A stretch of DNA of 64,000 nucleotides from a virus. How positions within the stretch are numbered: position 1 is the first letter of the stretch; the number at the start of each line of letters is the position of its first letter. Under the pieces are notes generated by a model. That model was not told the DNA's origin and ran no database searches. It saw only the letters and a program-made list of their open reading frames with translations. The translations under genes and the position numbers were made by a program. Positions 1 to 10,066 of the stretch are shown one piece after another. Location: positions 32,001 to 96,000 of IMG/VR virus record IMGVR_UViG_3300010224_000001; one strand, given 5' to 3'.

Positions 1-615
1 ACTCGACTTAAATGCACCGGTGTGGGATTCAAGCAAGGTCAAGCCACTGAAGTCTTTATGAGAAAGTAAGTCGTAAGCGTAGTGCGTAATGATTGCAGTA
101 CGACCAGCACGACTTCCCTTCAAATGAAGATCAAACTCCATAAACCTATCCTTTTGGTGATGACGGAAAGCCGTCATCACCGCTTCTTGGAGTTCGTTAT
201 AACGAGTTTGTTTGTCAGTAGGTGTTGATTCAGATCTCAGTAAAGCTTTTGGGTAATGTTTCGAAAGATCCTTGTACTTACTTAAGTAGTAAGTGACTCT
301 GGGGGCTTTTCGATCCAAGTAGTGTCGAAGGACATCTGGAATGATTTCCATCTCTTCCAAAATACCATCGAACACTTCTTTTGGTGTGATTGTTTCAGAT
401 AAGCCTTTGGGCAGGCTATTGAAGAAGTTCCTGAACAATGTACGTAAGTTGATCCATAAATCCGTATACTTCAGAATCGGTGGCTCGTGTGGTTGCGGAT
501 AGATATCTGGATGGATACCCACCGCGCTTTCTAAAGCTAAGCTCGTAGCAATCGAAAGAGGAAATTGTCCTTTTACACGATGGGCTGGGTCGTCAAACTG
601 TTCTAATTGATTCAT
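1..615 (-). CDS. Conserved phiKZ-like phage protein (gp66-like), runs off the left edge
   Basis: Not in the ORF track. Read manually from ATG at 615, which overlaps the upstream stop: MNQLEQFDDPAHRVKGQFPLSIATSLALES...WINLRTLFRN...LLESHTGAFKSS. Position after the SbcD-like gene fits phiKZ-like synteny. Confidence 0.8.
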   Translation of the reverse strand, partial: MNQLEQFDDPAHRVKGQFPLSIATSLALESAVGIHPDIYPQPHEPPILKYTDLWINLRTLFRNFFNSLPKGLSETITPKEVFDGILEEMEIIPDVLRHYLDRKAPRVTYYLSKYKDLSKHYPKALLRSESTPTDKQTRYNELQEAVMTAFRHHQKDRFMEFDLHLKGSRAGRTAIITHYAYDLLSHKDFSGLTLLESHTGAFKSS

Positions 616-1820
616 GCGAATAATTCCTCAAATAGACTTTGCGCTTTATCCATCACAGCACCACTAGCGCCTTTTGCAGCCATTCGTTCTAACACGGTTG
701 GTGCAAGATTACTTGGCGTAATAGCAGGCGGTATGTACAAATCATCCGTTTCAACCAGTTCTGAAACTTCTTCCTCATCTTTACTTTGTTGGGGATCTTT
801 CGTCCAGCCAATCAAAGGATGCTCTAAAATCAGAACATTCAAATTAGTAAAGATAGGATTGTTAGACGCAGCCCGCACACGCACATAAGAATCATCAGGG
901 ATGGTCTTAACAGCGGCTCGAATCTTAGCAAAGGTTTCTTCAAGAGGTAAGTCACCACAGTCCACCGTTAAGTAAACCATTGCGTTCTTATTCTCGACAA
1001 ACGTTACGTCCCAATCTCGCGGACCACGTTTGTAAGCGCGGATATGACCTTTGGGAGATTCATAACCATGACCTAAGCGATCAAACGAGCCATGCACGTA
1101 AATCCGATCATGTTCTTTGTGGGTATGATCATGACCGATAAAGATAAGTTCTTTGACTAATGCCAAGTACGCATCTTCATCATGTTTCGGTGCATTGACG
1201 TGCGCAGGTAACTGGAAACGAAATTGCCCGTGCATCACTGCAAAGTCAACTTGTTCCAAACCTTTTACTCGCATTAGGTCACGTGCATCTTGCAATGTCT
1301 TATCTGGACCACCTGGCAGGTCGTCTGGGACAAACAAGAAGTGAGCATCAAATTCTGGGAAATACTCGATCGACAGAGTATTAATGTAATGCAATTGAGC
1401 ACCAATCTGAGCAATCTCGTTAATCACAACGAAACGTTTAGATTGTTGCCAATCATGACTACTCGTACCTTCTAATACAAACAGATGAATGTTGTATTTC
1501 TTGCATAACCGCAGAAGATAAGTAATGAACATGTCTGCCACAATGGTGTCAGGATCATTGAGCATTAACAAATCGTCAAAGAAGTCTCCCGCAAGGATAA
1601 TGATATCCAGTGCTGCAGTCTCTGCATTTTCTGGAATCGCATCCATCAAATTACGGGAGATGTGTGCTGAAGGTGTACGTGAGTGACCGAAGTGTAAGTC
1701 ACTCATGGACAGAATGTTAAGAATCCCTGGCTTAGTGCGAGGGAAGGCCGCTTTGACTGCAGCGGCTGCAGGGTCAAGCATCGATGGGTTCGAATTCGTC
1801 GTTGTCAGCTGGTCGCTCAT
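612..1820 (-). CDS. SbcD/Mre11-like metallophosphoesterase nuclease (phiKZ gp65-like)
   Basis: Calcineurin-like motifs SDLHFG, AGDFFD, GTxSHD, MHG, GHDH. Confidence 0.88.
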   Translation of the reverse strand: MSDQLTTTNSNPSMLDPAAAAVKAAFPRTKPGILNILSMSDLHFGHSRTPSAHISRNLMDAIPENAETAALDIIILAGDFFDDLLMLNDPDTIVADMFITYLLRLCKKYNIHLFVLEGTSSHDWQQSKRFVVINEIAQIGAQLHYINTLSIEYFPEFDAHFLFVPDDLPGGPDKTLQDARDLMRVKGLEQVDFAVMHGQFRFQLPAHVNAPKHDEDAYLALVKELIFIGHDHTHKEHDRIYVHGSFDRLGHGYESPKGHIRAYKRGPRDWDVTFVENKNAMVYLTVDCGDLPLEETFAKIRAAVKTIPDDSYVRVRAASNNPIFTNLNVLILEHPLIGWTKDPQQSKDEEEVSELVETDDLYIPPAITPSNLAPTVLERMAAKGASGAVMDKAQSLFEELFA

Positions 1821-2400
1821 TTTGGGCAGCTTGCGCAGTAGCTACTTGACCTGTTCCTGCAAACAGATTCTCAGGAATCAGAGGTCGGTTATAACGTTTG
1901 AAAATTTCATTCCAACGTTTGATGTAATCAGACTCGTCACGTTTACCATTGCTAATCAGATTAACGCGACGTTCCAGTTCGGTGTCCATGTAGTTTTGGA
2001 AAGCTACCGGACCTTGTTTAGCAATCATGTTAGCACGGGCCAACATATCAGAGATACTCGGCACGGTACGAGACGGATCTTTGCTATCGAAAGGTTTGAT
2101 GGCTTCCATATCAAACAACGGCGGCACACGATACAACTCAGCATTATTGTGGTCAACAATAACAACTTCCTTTTGCGCACCACCAGCTAAGCGACGCCAG
2201 GTGTCAACATTGGCACCATGATCAGCATACAGCTGTACTTCGTCACCTACAAACATCGGTAAGAATACTGCAACGAAACGTCGTTCTTCCATACGCACCA
2301 AATCTTGATCTTTCACATCGATAAGGACATTACCGATGTCAATGATTTCTTCAGTGAGTTTACGTTCAGTAAAAGAGATGTTTTGGTTTGAATTAGTCAT
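1774..2400 (-). CDS. Conserved hypothetical protein (phiKZ gp62-like by synteny)
   Basis: 208-aa ORF in the conserved block; motifs LYRVPPL and WNEIFKRY. Confidence 0.7.
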   Translation of the reverse strand: MTNSNQNISFTERKLTEEIIDIGNVLIDVKDQDLVRMEERRFVAVFLPMFVGDEVQLYADHGANVDTWRRLAGGAQKEVVIVDHNNAELYRVPPLFDMEAIKPFDSKDPSRTVPSISDMLARANMIAKQGPVAFQNYMDTELERRVNLISNGKRDESDYIKRWNEIFKRYNRPLIPENLFAGTGQVATAQAAQNERPADNDEFEPIDA

Positions 2401-2414
2401 GTTGATCTCGTGAA

Positions 2415-2828
2415 TTAACCGGAGCTTCCCGTATTATTAAGGTTCAGAATTTTTTCGAACTTTGAATCGACAAATGATGCTAAATAAGCCGCATCACGCT
2501 GTTGACCATCTTCAACGACAGAGATAGTTAAGCGTAATGTAACCTTGTTAGAGGGGTTGGTAGCAGTATCATCAGTCACCACAACGGTAGCGATCTGATA
2601 GTAACGGCCGAGGTAAGATTCCAACGAGCTACGCATGTCTTGCTTTAAGCTATCCATGTCGTGCATGTTACGCTGCAATATACCTTGGACGTTTGCAATA
2701 CGTCCTTTATAAAGGTTAGATTGATTTACATCAGAAGCATAGAACTGCGCTAACAGTAAATCAATCTTTTCATACGGTGAAGTAATCCAGCCTTTGGCTG
2801 ACAGACTCGGAACAGGAATAGTTGCCAT
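2415..2828 (-). CDS. Conserved hypothetical protein (phiKZ gp61-like by synteny)
   Basis: Probable start MATIPVPSLSAKGW at 2828, downstream of the terminator at about 2895-2941. Confidence 0.7.
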   Translation of the reverse strand: MATIPVPSLSAKGWITSPYEKIDLLLAQFYASDVNQSNLYKGRIANVQGILQRNMHDMDSLKQDMRSSLESYLGRYYQIATVVVTDDTATNPSNKVTLRLTISVVEDGQQRDAAYLASFVDSKFEKILNLNNTGSSG

Positions 2829-2894
2829 GACATTTTCTTCTAGAATGAACAAAAAAATAAAGCCACATAATCTGGCTTTTCTAGAAGACGGCAT

Positions 2895-2941
2895 AAAAAA
2901 ACATACCCAACACTCTTGGATTTCTCCTTAAGTGTTGGGTA
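2895..2941 (-). terminator. Intrinsic terminator
   Basis: 11-bp stem TACCCAACACT/AGTGTTGGGTA, then a T-run and TATGCCG on the minus strand. Confidence 0.75.
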
Positions 2942-2947
2942 GTTCGA

Positions 2948-3586
2948 TTACAACATTCCGCCTGTTGCTGAGACTGGATCTTCCAAACCAGTGCCCATGA
3001 GATGCTCAACGCGCTCCCAGGTACTGAGAATAGCATCTTGTTTCACGATACCTAACGCGACATCGCCTTCCAAGATTTCTTCGTCCGTTTGGATCCAGTA
3101 TTTAAAGCTACCTTCCGGATCTTCCGCACTTGGAGGAACATCCACAATGACACCATTCATGACGCGATCGTAGTCGTAATGCCCACGACCAATGTCTTGC
3201 GGCCACATGTCGATATAGCTACCCGAATAACCATCACACATCTGTGCATGGAATTTCCCACGCACCATCGGATTAGCCATAATGAAACGTTGCATTTTTG
3301 CCTGTGCTTGTTGAATATGCGCAAGCTGATCCAAGTAGATAACACGATCTTCTTGGAAATGCGTCGTAACTTTTCGTAGTGCTGCTTGCGCCATTCGCAT
3401 TGCGGTTTCACTACTGAACCGCTCATACGACTGCATCGCCCGCTGTGCCCAATCTGATGCCGCATCACCGATGTAGTTTCTCAACGACATCACTTGGTTT
3501 TGCAGATACTGCACAGTGCTAGGATGACGCTCGCCTGACATGTGAGCCTTGAATGCATGACTACCTCCATGCACCACAGCTACCAT
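2948..3586 (-). CDS. Conserved hypothetical protein (phiKZ gp59-like by synteny)
   Basis: 212-aa ORF with SD AGGAG; motifs FIMANP, CDGYS, HYDYDRVMNG, EDP. Confidence 0.75.
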   Translation of the reverse strand: MVAVVHGGSHAFKAHMSGERHPSTVQYLQNQVMSLRNYIGDAASDWAQRAMQSYERFSSETAMRMAQAALRKVTTHFQEDRVIYLDQLAHIQQAQAKMQRFIMANPMVRGKFHAQMCDGYSGSYIDMWPQDIGRGHYDYDRVMNGVIVDVPPSAEDPEGSFKYWIQTDEEILEGDVALGIVKQDAILSTWERVEHLMGTGLEDPVSATGGML

Positions 3587-3617
3587 ACATTTCTCCTTTC
3601 CTACTTTTACTACTGTA

Positions 3618-5114
3618 TCACGCTTGCAACAACGCCTTCATCCGTTCGAACTTGACTGGGTCAACTGGGTCTGAATCGCCATGATCAATCCAATTGGCAA
3701 TCTGCGAGACGACTGGTTTTGGTTTTGCATTTGATCCAGACATCTTGCGTGGCTCAGACGGTTCGAGCATGCTCTTATGCGGAGCAAGCGGTTCGACTTC
3801 GTCAGCAGTCCAGTTGTCAATCAAGAGCGTACCATTCATCTCGTCGCCATCGAAGTCAGCATTGTACGATCGAACGGTCTGAATACTCATCGAGATCGTC
3901 GGATCATTCGTATCTGTCTTGACTTTGGTGATGAACACGCGCTGCATCGATCCGCGTTCCAGAGAAGGATTCCGCTGGAAGATAACGGGCAGACCCATGT
4001 AAGGGCTCTCAGCAATGAGTTCCTTAAACAGTTCATCGAGCAGTGGATGATAACGCTGGGCGTAATTGTTCAGCAGACGAATTACTCCGTTGGGCGTATA
4101 GCCACGTTTGAACAACTTGTTCGTCAAGTGCAACCGCAGCAAACCAATACCAACACCCCAAGAGACATGAAGTTCCTCTTGATGGTGATCTGCGGTGAGT
4201 GACGAAATCACAGACCGGAAACTAAAGAAGCAGCGCGTACCATACACGTGTTTGCGTAGGATACCTTCTTTCTTTGCCAGACTGTTGCGATAGAAATCTT
4301 GATAGTAAGCTGCAAGTTGAGCAATTGCACGCACCACACGATTCTCACGTGCACCAAGCGACAAGCCAAGGAGCGGATCATCCAGACCCATCATCGACTT
4401 AATTGCATTCACAGCACCATCAACGATCGGATCGCGGAAGGTAGACAAGTTGGTGTTTTCAATCACCAACAACGCACGATTCGGCAGAGGTAGGAAATCA
4501 ACAAAGATACAATCGTGGTATTCGATCAGAATCTGCTGAATCTTCTCCATTGGAGCATATTGACCTTTACCAGTACGCTTCTCCTTTCGAAAATCGCGAA
4601 TGGTCAACAACTTGTTAATGATGACATCGAATTCTTTAACGAAGTTGTTGTAACCACGCTTAATGTTGAGCGCTTTGACTTGCTCTAACACTTTGGGTGG
4701 TTTAGGTGGTGGTTGATATCCCGTATCGCACAGATACTGAATCACATTAAACTTGCCCTTCTTAAAGTGATTCGACAGCATCGTCCACACCATCGGGTTC
4801 ATGAGTTTAATCATACCCGTCGGTGTTTGCAACCAGATCAAGGACTGCAGATCTTGATCCAAAGAGCTTTCAACTACCGTGTTACATTCTGGACAAACAA
4901 TCCCTTTGTGGAATTCACCAACTAAGTGTCCACCTTCACATTGCGGAACGTTAGACAAAACATCGTTCGGCTTGTAACGTGTGAAGATCTTGTTGTCAAA
5001 TGCTGCTCGAGCTTCCCTACGATGGTTATTGAACTTATTGATGATAATTGGTTCTTGGCGACTTCCTTGATAGAAGCGTTTATCCAAGTTTTCCAAAACC
5101 ATGTGAGTACCGAT
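3618..5114 (-). CDS. Non-virion RNA polymerase beta'-like catalytic subunit (phiKZ gp55/56.1-like)
   Basis: Catalytic NADFDGD, RNPSL and an N-terminal Zn-binding CPEC; directly follows chimallin. Start is either ATG at 5102 or ATC at 5114 (SD GGAGG at 5120-5124). Confidence 0.92.
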   Translation of the reverse strand: MGTHMVLENLDKRFYQGSRQEPIIINKFNNHRREARAAFDNKIFTRYKPNDVLSNVPQCEGGHLVGEFHKGIVCPECNTVVESSLDQDLQSLIWLQTPTGMIKLMNPMVWTMLSNHFKKGKFNVIQYLCDTGYQPPPKPPKVLEQVKALNIKRGYNNFVKEFDVIINKLLTIRDFRKEKRTGKGQYAPMEKIQQILIEYHDCIFVDFLPLPNRALLVIENTNLSTFRDPIVDGAVNAIKSMMGLDDPLLGLSLGARENRVVRAIAQLAAYYQDFYRNSLAKKEGILRKHVYGTRCFFSFRSVISSLTADHHQEELHVSWGVGIGLLRLHLTNKLFKRGYTPNGVIRLLNNYAQRYHPLLDELFKELIAESPYMGLPVIFQRNPSLERGSMQRVFITKVKTDTNDPTISMSIQTVRSYNADFDGDEMNGTLLIDNWTADEVEPLAPHKSMLEPSEPRKMSGSNAKPKPVVSQIANWIDHGDSDPVDPVKFERMKALLQA

Positions 5115-5167
5115 GGCAACCTCCGTTGGAACATTAAAACGTATTGGTTTTTCTTATCGTCAATAGG

Positions 5168-5202
5168 AAAAAAAAGTAGAGCCCCGAAGGACTCTACTTT
5201 TT
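5168..5202 (-). terminator. Intrinsic terminator after chimallin
   Basis: GTAGAGTCC-TTCG-GGGCTCTAC followed by a T-run on the minus strand. Confidence 0.85.
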
Positions 5203-5225
5203 AGACTCGTTTCCGAGTGGTTCGA

Positions 5226-7160
5226 TTACCAGCGCGGGACCGAGTTCATCGGACGTGCGCCGCCAAACGTCTGCGACATGCCGCCCATGCCAGCACCTGC
5301 GAAGCCCGACGTGAAGCCGGTCATCAGTGCGCCTTGGCCAGCCAGGTTGGCCGAAGCGCGCTGGTGCCAGCGTGCGTCTTGACCACTGGTCACGGCGCGG
5401 ATCTGCAGGCCGGTCGCAGCGATTGCTTTATCGAGCGAGGTCAGGAAGTCAGCGTGGAAGGTGATACGACGAGCAAAGCCCGTGAAGACTGCATTGCTTG
5501 CGCATGCTTCGATCATCTTACGACGCAGTGCCAGGTTGACGCTCATCGGACGGCTGGTGTTGACGAACGTATCGGTCCATTGACGGCCGACGGTTGCGTC
5601 TTCAGCGCCGAAGCGGTTCAGCATCCACACCAGGTCGATGTTGCGGATGTCGTGCTTGACGTTTTCCTGGTCCATGTAGTAACCCAGATGGATACGATCT
5701 TCCGAATCCGTCAGGATCTTACGGCTGGTGGCGTTGAAGAAGTTGCTGAAGTGGTTGTTCGTCAGCGCATCTGCAGCGTGCACCAGGGCACGGTATGCCA
5801 GACCATCGATCTCACGTGCTGCCACGAAGATACGGTTGTACCAGGTCGAATCACCGGCTTCCGGCACGTCCAGCGACAGCGCGATACCTTGACGGACCAG
5901 TGCTGCCATGATGCCGTAGAACTCACGCTCAGTGAAGGTCTGCGGATCGGTCGTGTTGATGCGATCGACTTTACCGTCAGCACCCGGCAGACGTGCTTCG
6001 TAGTTCAGGGCGCCGATGTCTTTCGGATCGAAGCCCGGACGACGCGAACCGAATGCGTTCGGTGCCAGGTGGGCAGGCAGGAACTGCTGCATCCACGGCT
6101 GGCTACGATCCAGCAGCGGGACGGCGGTCGACAGTGCCAGCAGCTGCGTGGCGTTGTTGATCTCGTCTTCCGACTCGACTTGCGTCAGCACGAGCTGAGC
6201 CGAGTACAGCTGGGTTTCGTTGGCGTTGCGCGGCATTGCAGCGGCCCACGGATTCGACTGGTCGACGACCGGATCGTAGTTCAGGACCACGAAGCCAGAC
6301 AGGGTCGAGTACACTTCAACACGGTCGGTGTTGTCGGTGAAGTTCGACTGGTTGTTCTGGTTGTTCGGGACCGAACGGAAGTCGATCTGGATGTCGGCAC
6401 GAACCGGGAAGCCCAGCGTGTCAACCACTTCCGGCTGATGGTAGTTAGCGCGGATCTGCAGGGTGTTGTCCTTGCCGACCTGTGCCAGGTTGAGGTAGGT
6501 GAACTGCTCGGAACGAGTAATGATCTCGTTGAAAGCTGCGGTCACTGCGTTGGCTGCCAGTTGACGAACCACTGCTTTGTCGGTGATGTTGAAATCACGC
6601 GGCACGACTTCAGCGTCAGCGTAGTGCAGGTTGCGAGCTTGCGGGAACATCTCGCGCATTTTCGCACCGTAGTAATCCAGCATCACGTTGTCGATCAGAT
6701 CGCCAGTGACTTTCTGGATGTCGTAGGTGCTGCCGCCCCAGACTTCGGTCTTTTCCGAAGCTTGTGCCGAGTCACCTTCCAGGACCAGAGCGTGGTAGCC
6801 GAAGCCCAGATCCGGATGCGCCTTGTCTTGCAGAACCACCAGGATCGACGAAGCGGCGATGTTGTTGGTGGTCTTGTAATCCAGCGGGAGCAGTTCCCAG
6901 TTGAAGTTCTTCATGGCCGGAGTGTTCTTGTACTCTTCGGTCAGTGCAGTCAGCAGCTGGTTCAGGATCTCCGACGAAGCGTGACGCGACATCGGCGAAC
7001 CAAATCGTCCCATTTGACCACGCAGACCGCGCGGGCCAGCACCGCGACCTTGATCTTGCTGCGGGGGCTGTTGGAAGGTGGTTTGCTGCGTCTGCTGCTG
7101 GAAACCTTGAGTGTTACCCTGCGGAGCGTTGGCGTTGGTGTTGAAAGAACCAGTTTTCAT
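5226..7160 (-). CDS. chmA: Chimallin, phage nucleus shell protein (phiKZ gp54-like)
   Basis: 644 aa directly upstream of the nvRNAP beta' gene; strong high-expression codon bias; segments GFPVRADIQI, DIGALNYE, RIHLGYY, DIRNID, TGFARRITF; low-complexity termini. Confidence 0.85.
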   Translation of the reverse strand: MKTGSFNTNANAPQGNTQGFQQQTQQTTFQQPPQQDQGRGAGPRGLRGQMGRFGSPMSRHASSEILNQLLTALTEEYKNTPAMKNFNWELLPLDYKTTNNIAASSILVVLQDKAHPDLGFGYHALVLEGDSAQASEKTEVWGGSTYDIQKVTGDLIDNVMLDYYGAKMREMFPQARNLHYADAEVVPRDFNITDKAVVRQLAANAVTAAFNEIITRSEQFTYLNLAQVGKDNTLQIRANYHQPEVVDTLGFPVRADIQIDFRSVPNNQNNQSNFTDNTDRVEVYSTLSGFVVLNYDPVVDQSNPWAAAMPRNANETQLYSAQLVLTQVESEDEINNATQLLALSTAVPLLDRSQPWMQQFLPAHLAPNAFGSRRPGFDPKDIGALNYEARLPGADGKVDRINTTDPQTFTEREFYGIMAALVRQGIALSLDVPEAGDSTWYNRIFVAAREIDGLAYRALVHAADALTNNHFSNFFNATSRKILTDSEDRIHLGYYMDQENVKHDIRNIDLVWMLNRFGAEDATVGRQWTDTFVNTSRPMSVNLALRRKMIEACASNAVFTGFARRITFHADFLTSLDKAIAATGLQIRAVTSGQDARWHQRASANLAGQGALMTGFTSGFAGAGMGGMSQTFGGARPMNSVPRW

Positions 7161-7242
7161 AACGTTTTCCTTTTTTTCCTTTTAATAACATTGAAGTTTG
7201 TCGACAAACAAACGTTATACACAACGAATCTATCCGTCATGT

Positions 7243-7270
7243 CAGTTTGGTGATATAGGTCTAAAAATGT
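7243..7270 (-). promoter_or_regulatory. Putative early (virion RNAP) promoter of chimallin
   Basis: Minus strand TTTTTAGACCTATATCAC resembles the phiKZ early TATATTAC motif with upstream TTT; 22/23-nt copy at 47415-47437. Confidence 0.7.
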
Positions 7271-7349
7271 TTACAACCATGTGGGATTAAATTACAACAT
7301 AGGGTCATACGGCATAGGACCCAAAGGCGCGTTCATCACCTTTCTATAA

Positions 7350-7373
7350 CATAGGGTGTTAGTCGTAATTTTT
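7350..7373 (-). promoter_or_regulatory. Possible middle (nvRNAP) promoter upstream of chimallin
   Basis: Minus strand AAAAATTAC-N11-TATG; similar AAAAACTTAAC-N10-TATG at 16588-16612. Confidence 0.35.
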
Positions 7374-7516
7374 TACCTGTCACACCTCACTTCCGCATCC
7401 CTAGTTACATCGTTGTGCATGTTATATCCTGCCTCAGTAAAAAAAACTTTGGCTTCCTGCGTCAATCGTATGTTAGAGCTTATTTCTTTATATTAACCTT
7501 TTTTGCATGTGCTGCC

Positions 7517-8629
7517 ATGTATAGTCTTTTCCAGAATTATGATCAAAAAGAATATGGCATTGTCAGGTTGACTGAATGGAAATACATGCATGATTGCTTA
7601 CGGCGCAATCTTGTTGCTATTTTAGAATACTACCAGAATACTAGTGTTTCAGTTGCGTCTGATCATCTATTAGTGCAACTGCTTCAGTCCATCGCAATTC
7701 CTCATTCGTTAAGCATTGAGCGCTACTATGCTAACATTGCACCCTTAGCGTTAACTCTTGCATTTCCCTTTCACCTCACGTCACCAATTAGTACAGGTCG
7801 TCCTTTTAATGGGGTGTTCTACGGTAAAGGTAATCGAGAAGTCATCATCGCTGTTGATGAGTATTTTGATCCAGTCATTGCTGACAAGAATTGGAGAGCC
7901 TTAACACCAGTCAAAGTGTTACGTCATCCTTTTACCGATCTACGCCTTAACATACCAGACGGTACTGTTAAAAGTCAAGAGCAAGGGATTGTTGTTATTA
8001 CAATTAACATTCCCATGTTGGCAGTTCAGTATCGTGCTTTCCGCCGAGAAGAAATGTTAAGGGTTGAGTCTGGTGTAGTCGATGCGGAACGTAACATCAT
8101 GCAGTTCGTCATGATGTATCCGTTATCGAATCTCCTCATGACACATTTGGATCAAGCGTTATTTAATCGATTCAACCATCTGTTCCAAGACTTACCTGTA
8201 CATACTGGCAGAAGCTATCATCCGTTTCATTTAACTGATTATAGTCGTCGAGTAACTGACATCCACAAGAAACTGTTGGGTATCATGGAAAACTCCAACT
8301 ATAACTTCGGTGCTACCTTAGCGTTTATCCCTGGGGCTGTGCAAAATGATATGGAACGGGCCATGTTACTACCTGATATTGTTCCCACTAGACAGGTGTT
8401 ATGGTCGTTGGTTTTAGCGCGTTTACCTGCGTTACTCTTCTTAATTAGCTCAGCAAAGTACGGAGCTAAGATGCGTAACCAAATGGAAGTTGATCAGATT
8501 GTAGAAACTTTCTTGAGATTAAAACGTCAACGTGTATTTGAATCAACCCTACCTGGCGAACTCTATAAAGAAACCATGCAACTGATTGATTCAATTACTA
8601 CTTTAAGCAATAACCCAAAAACCGAATAG
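7517..8629 (+). CDS. Conserved phage protein (phiKZ gp52-like by synteny)
   Basis: Long ORF divergent from chimallin; probable start MYSLFQ at 7517. Confidence 0.7.
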   Translation: MYSLFQNYDQKEYGIVRLTEWKYMHDCLRRNLVAILEYYQNTSVSVASDHLLVQLLQSIAIPHSLSIERYYANIAPLALTLAFPFHLTSPISTGRPFNGVFYGKGNREVIIAVDEYFDPVIADKNWRALTPVKVLRHPFTDLRLNIPDGTVKSQEQGIVVITINIPMLAVQYRAFRREEMLRVESGVVDAERNIMQFVMMYPLSNLLMTHLDQALFNRFNHLFQDLPVHTGRSYHPFHLTDYSRRVTDIHKKLLGIMENSNYNFGATLAFIPGAVQNDMERAMLLPDIVPTRQVLWSLVLARLPALLFLISSAKYGAKMRNQMEVDQIVETFLRLKRQRVFESTLPGELYKETMQLIDSITTLSNNPKTE

Positions 8630-8636
8630 GACCATC

Positions 8637-10013
8637 ATGAAACGACATTTTCGTCCCTTCTTAGCCGACAATGGATTCCTCTCATTAGAAGAAGAAGCCA
8701 TGTTAATGACTGAGATTGCTGACTGTGAAAACAATTCAGACAACGCAATCGCTACCGCTGATCGTGTATTAGAAGTACAACGTGGTATGGATGATGTTGG
8801 TATCATTCTTGCTACGATGCCTGATCCGACTTCTGTAGAAGAACAACTGGCTCGCGCAGTGGCTGATATGGCAGTGGCTGGCACTGACATCGATCCTACT
8901 ATTCTGTTGCCGGATGTTTCTGATCCATTAGAGATGGTGGCTACGGAAGATAACGGCGCAATGATTCTTCACCCGAATCATCCACAAAGTTCGGAGCGCG
9001 TTAAAGATCCTAGTCTTATCCAGAAAATGATTAATGCCTTGGCTGAAGTCTGGGAAGCTATCAAACAAGCTTTGGCTGAGGCTTGGAAGAGTGTCAAGCA
9101 ACATTACAACAGCGTATTCGGTGCAGTTGAAGCCGCGCAGCGTAATGTCAAAGAACTGTTAGCTAAGTATACGGAACTGGGTAGCGTAGAACCTACAGAT
9201 CACCGTCCAATTGTGATCTTTGATTCTGGCGACACTTTCCGTGTTGGCGGTAAGATGCTGCTGGGTGAAGATCGCTTTAAGGCCGTAGAGCGTTTAAATA
9301 GTTTTGCCATGAGCCTGTACGGTATTGCTCCAAAGAAAGTATTAAACATTGGTAAGCATATCGAAAACGCATTCCGTTCTTTTGATCCGAATCGTTTAGA
9401 TGACTTCACTAAGAGATTCTCTCACGACATGGGTGAACTCTTTGAAGATTATGCGAAAACCTTTACTTCGGATTATCTGCCGGATGCACACAACGGTCAA
9501 GGTAATGTCACTTTAACCAGTGCACCACTGTTAGGTAACTTCCAAGCGACGATCACTGTACCTGGACCTTTGGCGAATAAAGAAGTCGAAGATCCGATGG
9601 AGATCATCACTTACGTAAGTAAAGTACGTGCCAGTATCTCGAAGATGGATACGAATGTTAAAGACAATCACGCAGGTCTTAGCATTCCGATTCAAAATTC
9701 GGATGTCTATCGTTATAGCCTGATGGGTGTAGCTAAAATCATCAACATCATGCTTGACTATAAGAGTGGTAGCGTGGCTAATCAGTTAGCTATGCAATCA
9801 ACTGCGATTGAGAAAGCAACCAGTATGGCGATTGATCACGCAAAACGTTCGACTGATCCAGAAGCATTTGCAGTCGTCAAGCGTGTACTGCCGATCAATA
9901 GCGCTTATGCGAACTGGGCAAGTCAGCCGATGATGAAAGTGTTAGGTCAACTCATTCGTGTCGTCAATGCCGATATTCGCGTGGCACGTTTAGCTCTGCA
10001 TCATTTCAAGTAA
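8637..10013 (+). CDS. Putative internal head protein with acidic propeptide
   Basis: Acidic N-terminus with S/A-x-E protease sites (SLE, ATE), then an amphipathic helix (WEAIKQALAEAWKSVKQ), as in phiKZ-type inner-head paralogs. Confidence 0.6.
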   Translation: MKRHFRPFLADNGFLSLEEEAMLMTEIADCENNSDNAIATADRVLEVQRGMDDVGIILATMPDPTSVEEQLARAVADMAVAGTDIDPTILLPDVSDPLEMVATEDNGAMILHPNHPQSSERVKDPSLIQKMINALAEVWEAIKQALAEAWKSVKQHYNSVFGAVEAAQRNVKELLAKYTELGSVEPTDHRPIVIFDSGDTFRVGGKMLLGEDRFKAVERLNSFAMSLYGIAPKKVLNIGKHIENAFRSFDPNRLDDFTKRFSHDMGELFEDYAKTFTSDYLPDAHNGQGNVTLTSAPLLGNFQATITVPGPLANKEVEDPMEIITYVSKVRASISKMDTNVKDNHAGLSIPIQNSDVYRYSLMGVAKIINIMLDYKSGSVANQLAMQSTAIEKATSMAIDHAKRSTDPEAFAVVKRVLPINSAYANWASQPMMKVLGQLIRVVNADIRVARLALHHFK

Positions 10014-10024
10014 ACATCATAGTT

Positions 10025-10058
10025 CCCACTACTCTCCAATGTACCGGAGAGTAGTGGG
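10025..10058. terminator. Hairpin terminator between convergent genes
   Basis: 13-bp perfect stem CCCACTACTCTCC/GGAGAGTAGTGGG, with TATG on both strands just outside it. Confidence 0.75.
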
Positions 10059-10066
10059 GTTATGAC

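Noticed and set aside
5217-7253. 678-aa plus-strand ORF antisense to chimallin
   Set aside because: Shadow of strongly biased codon usage; no recognisable motifs.
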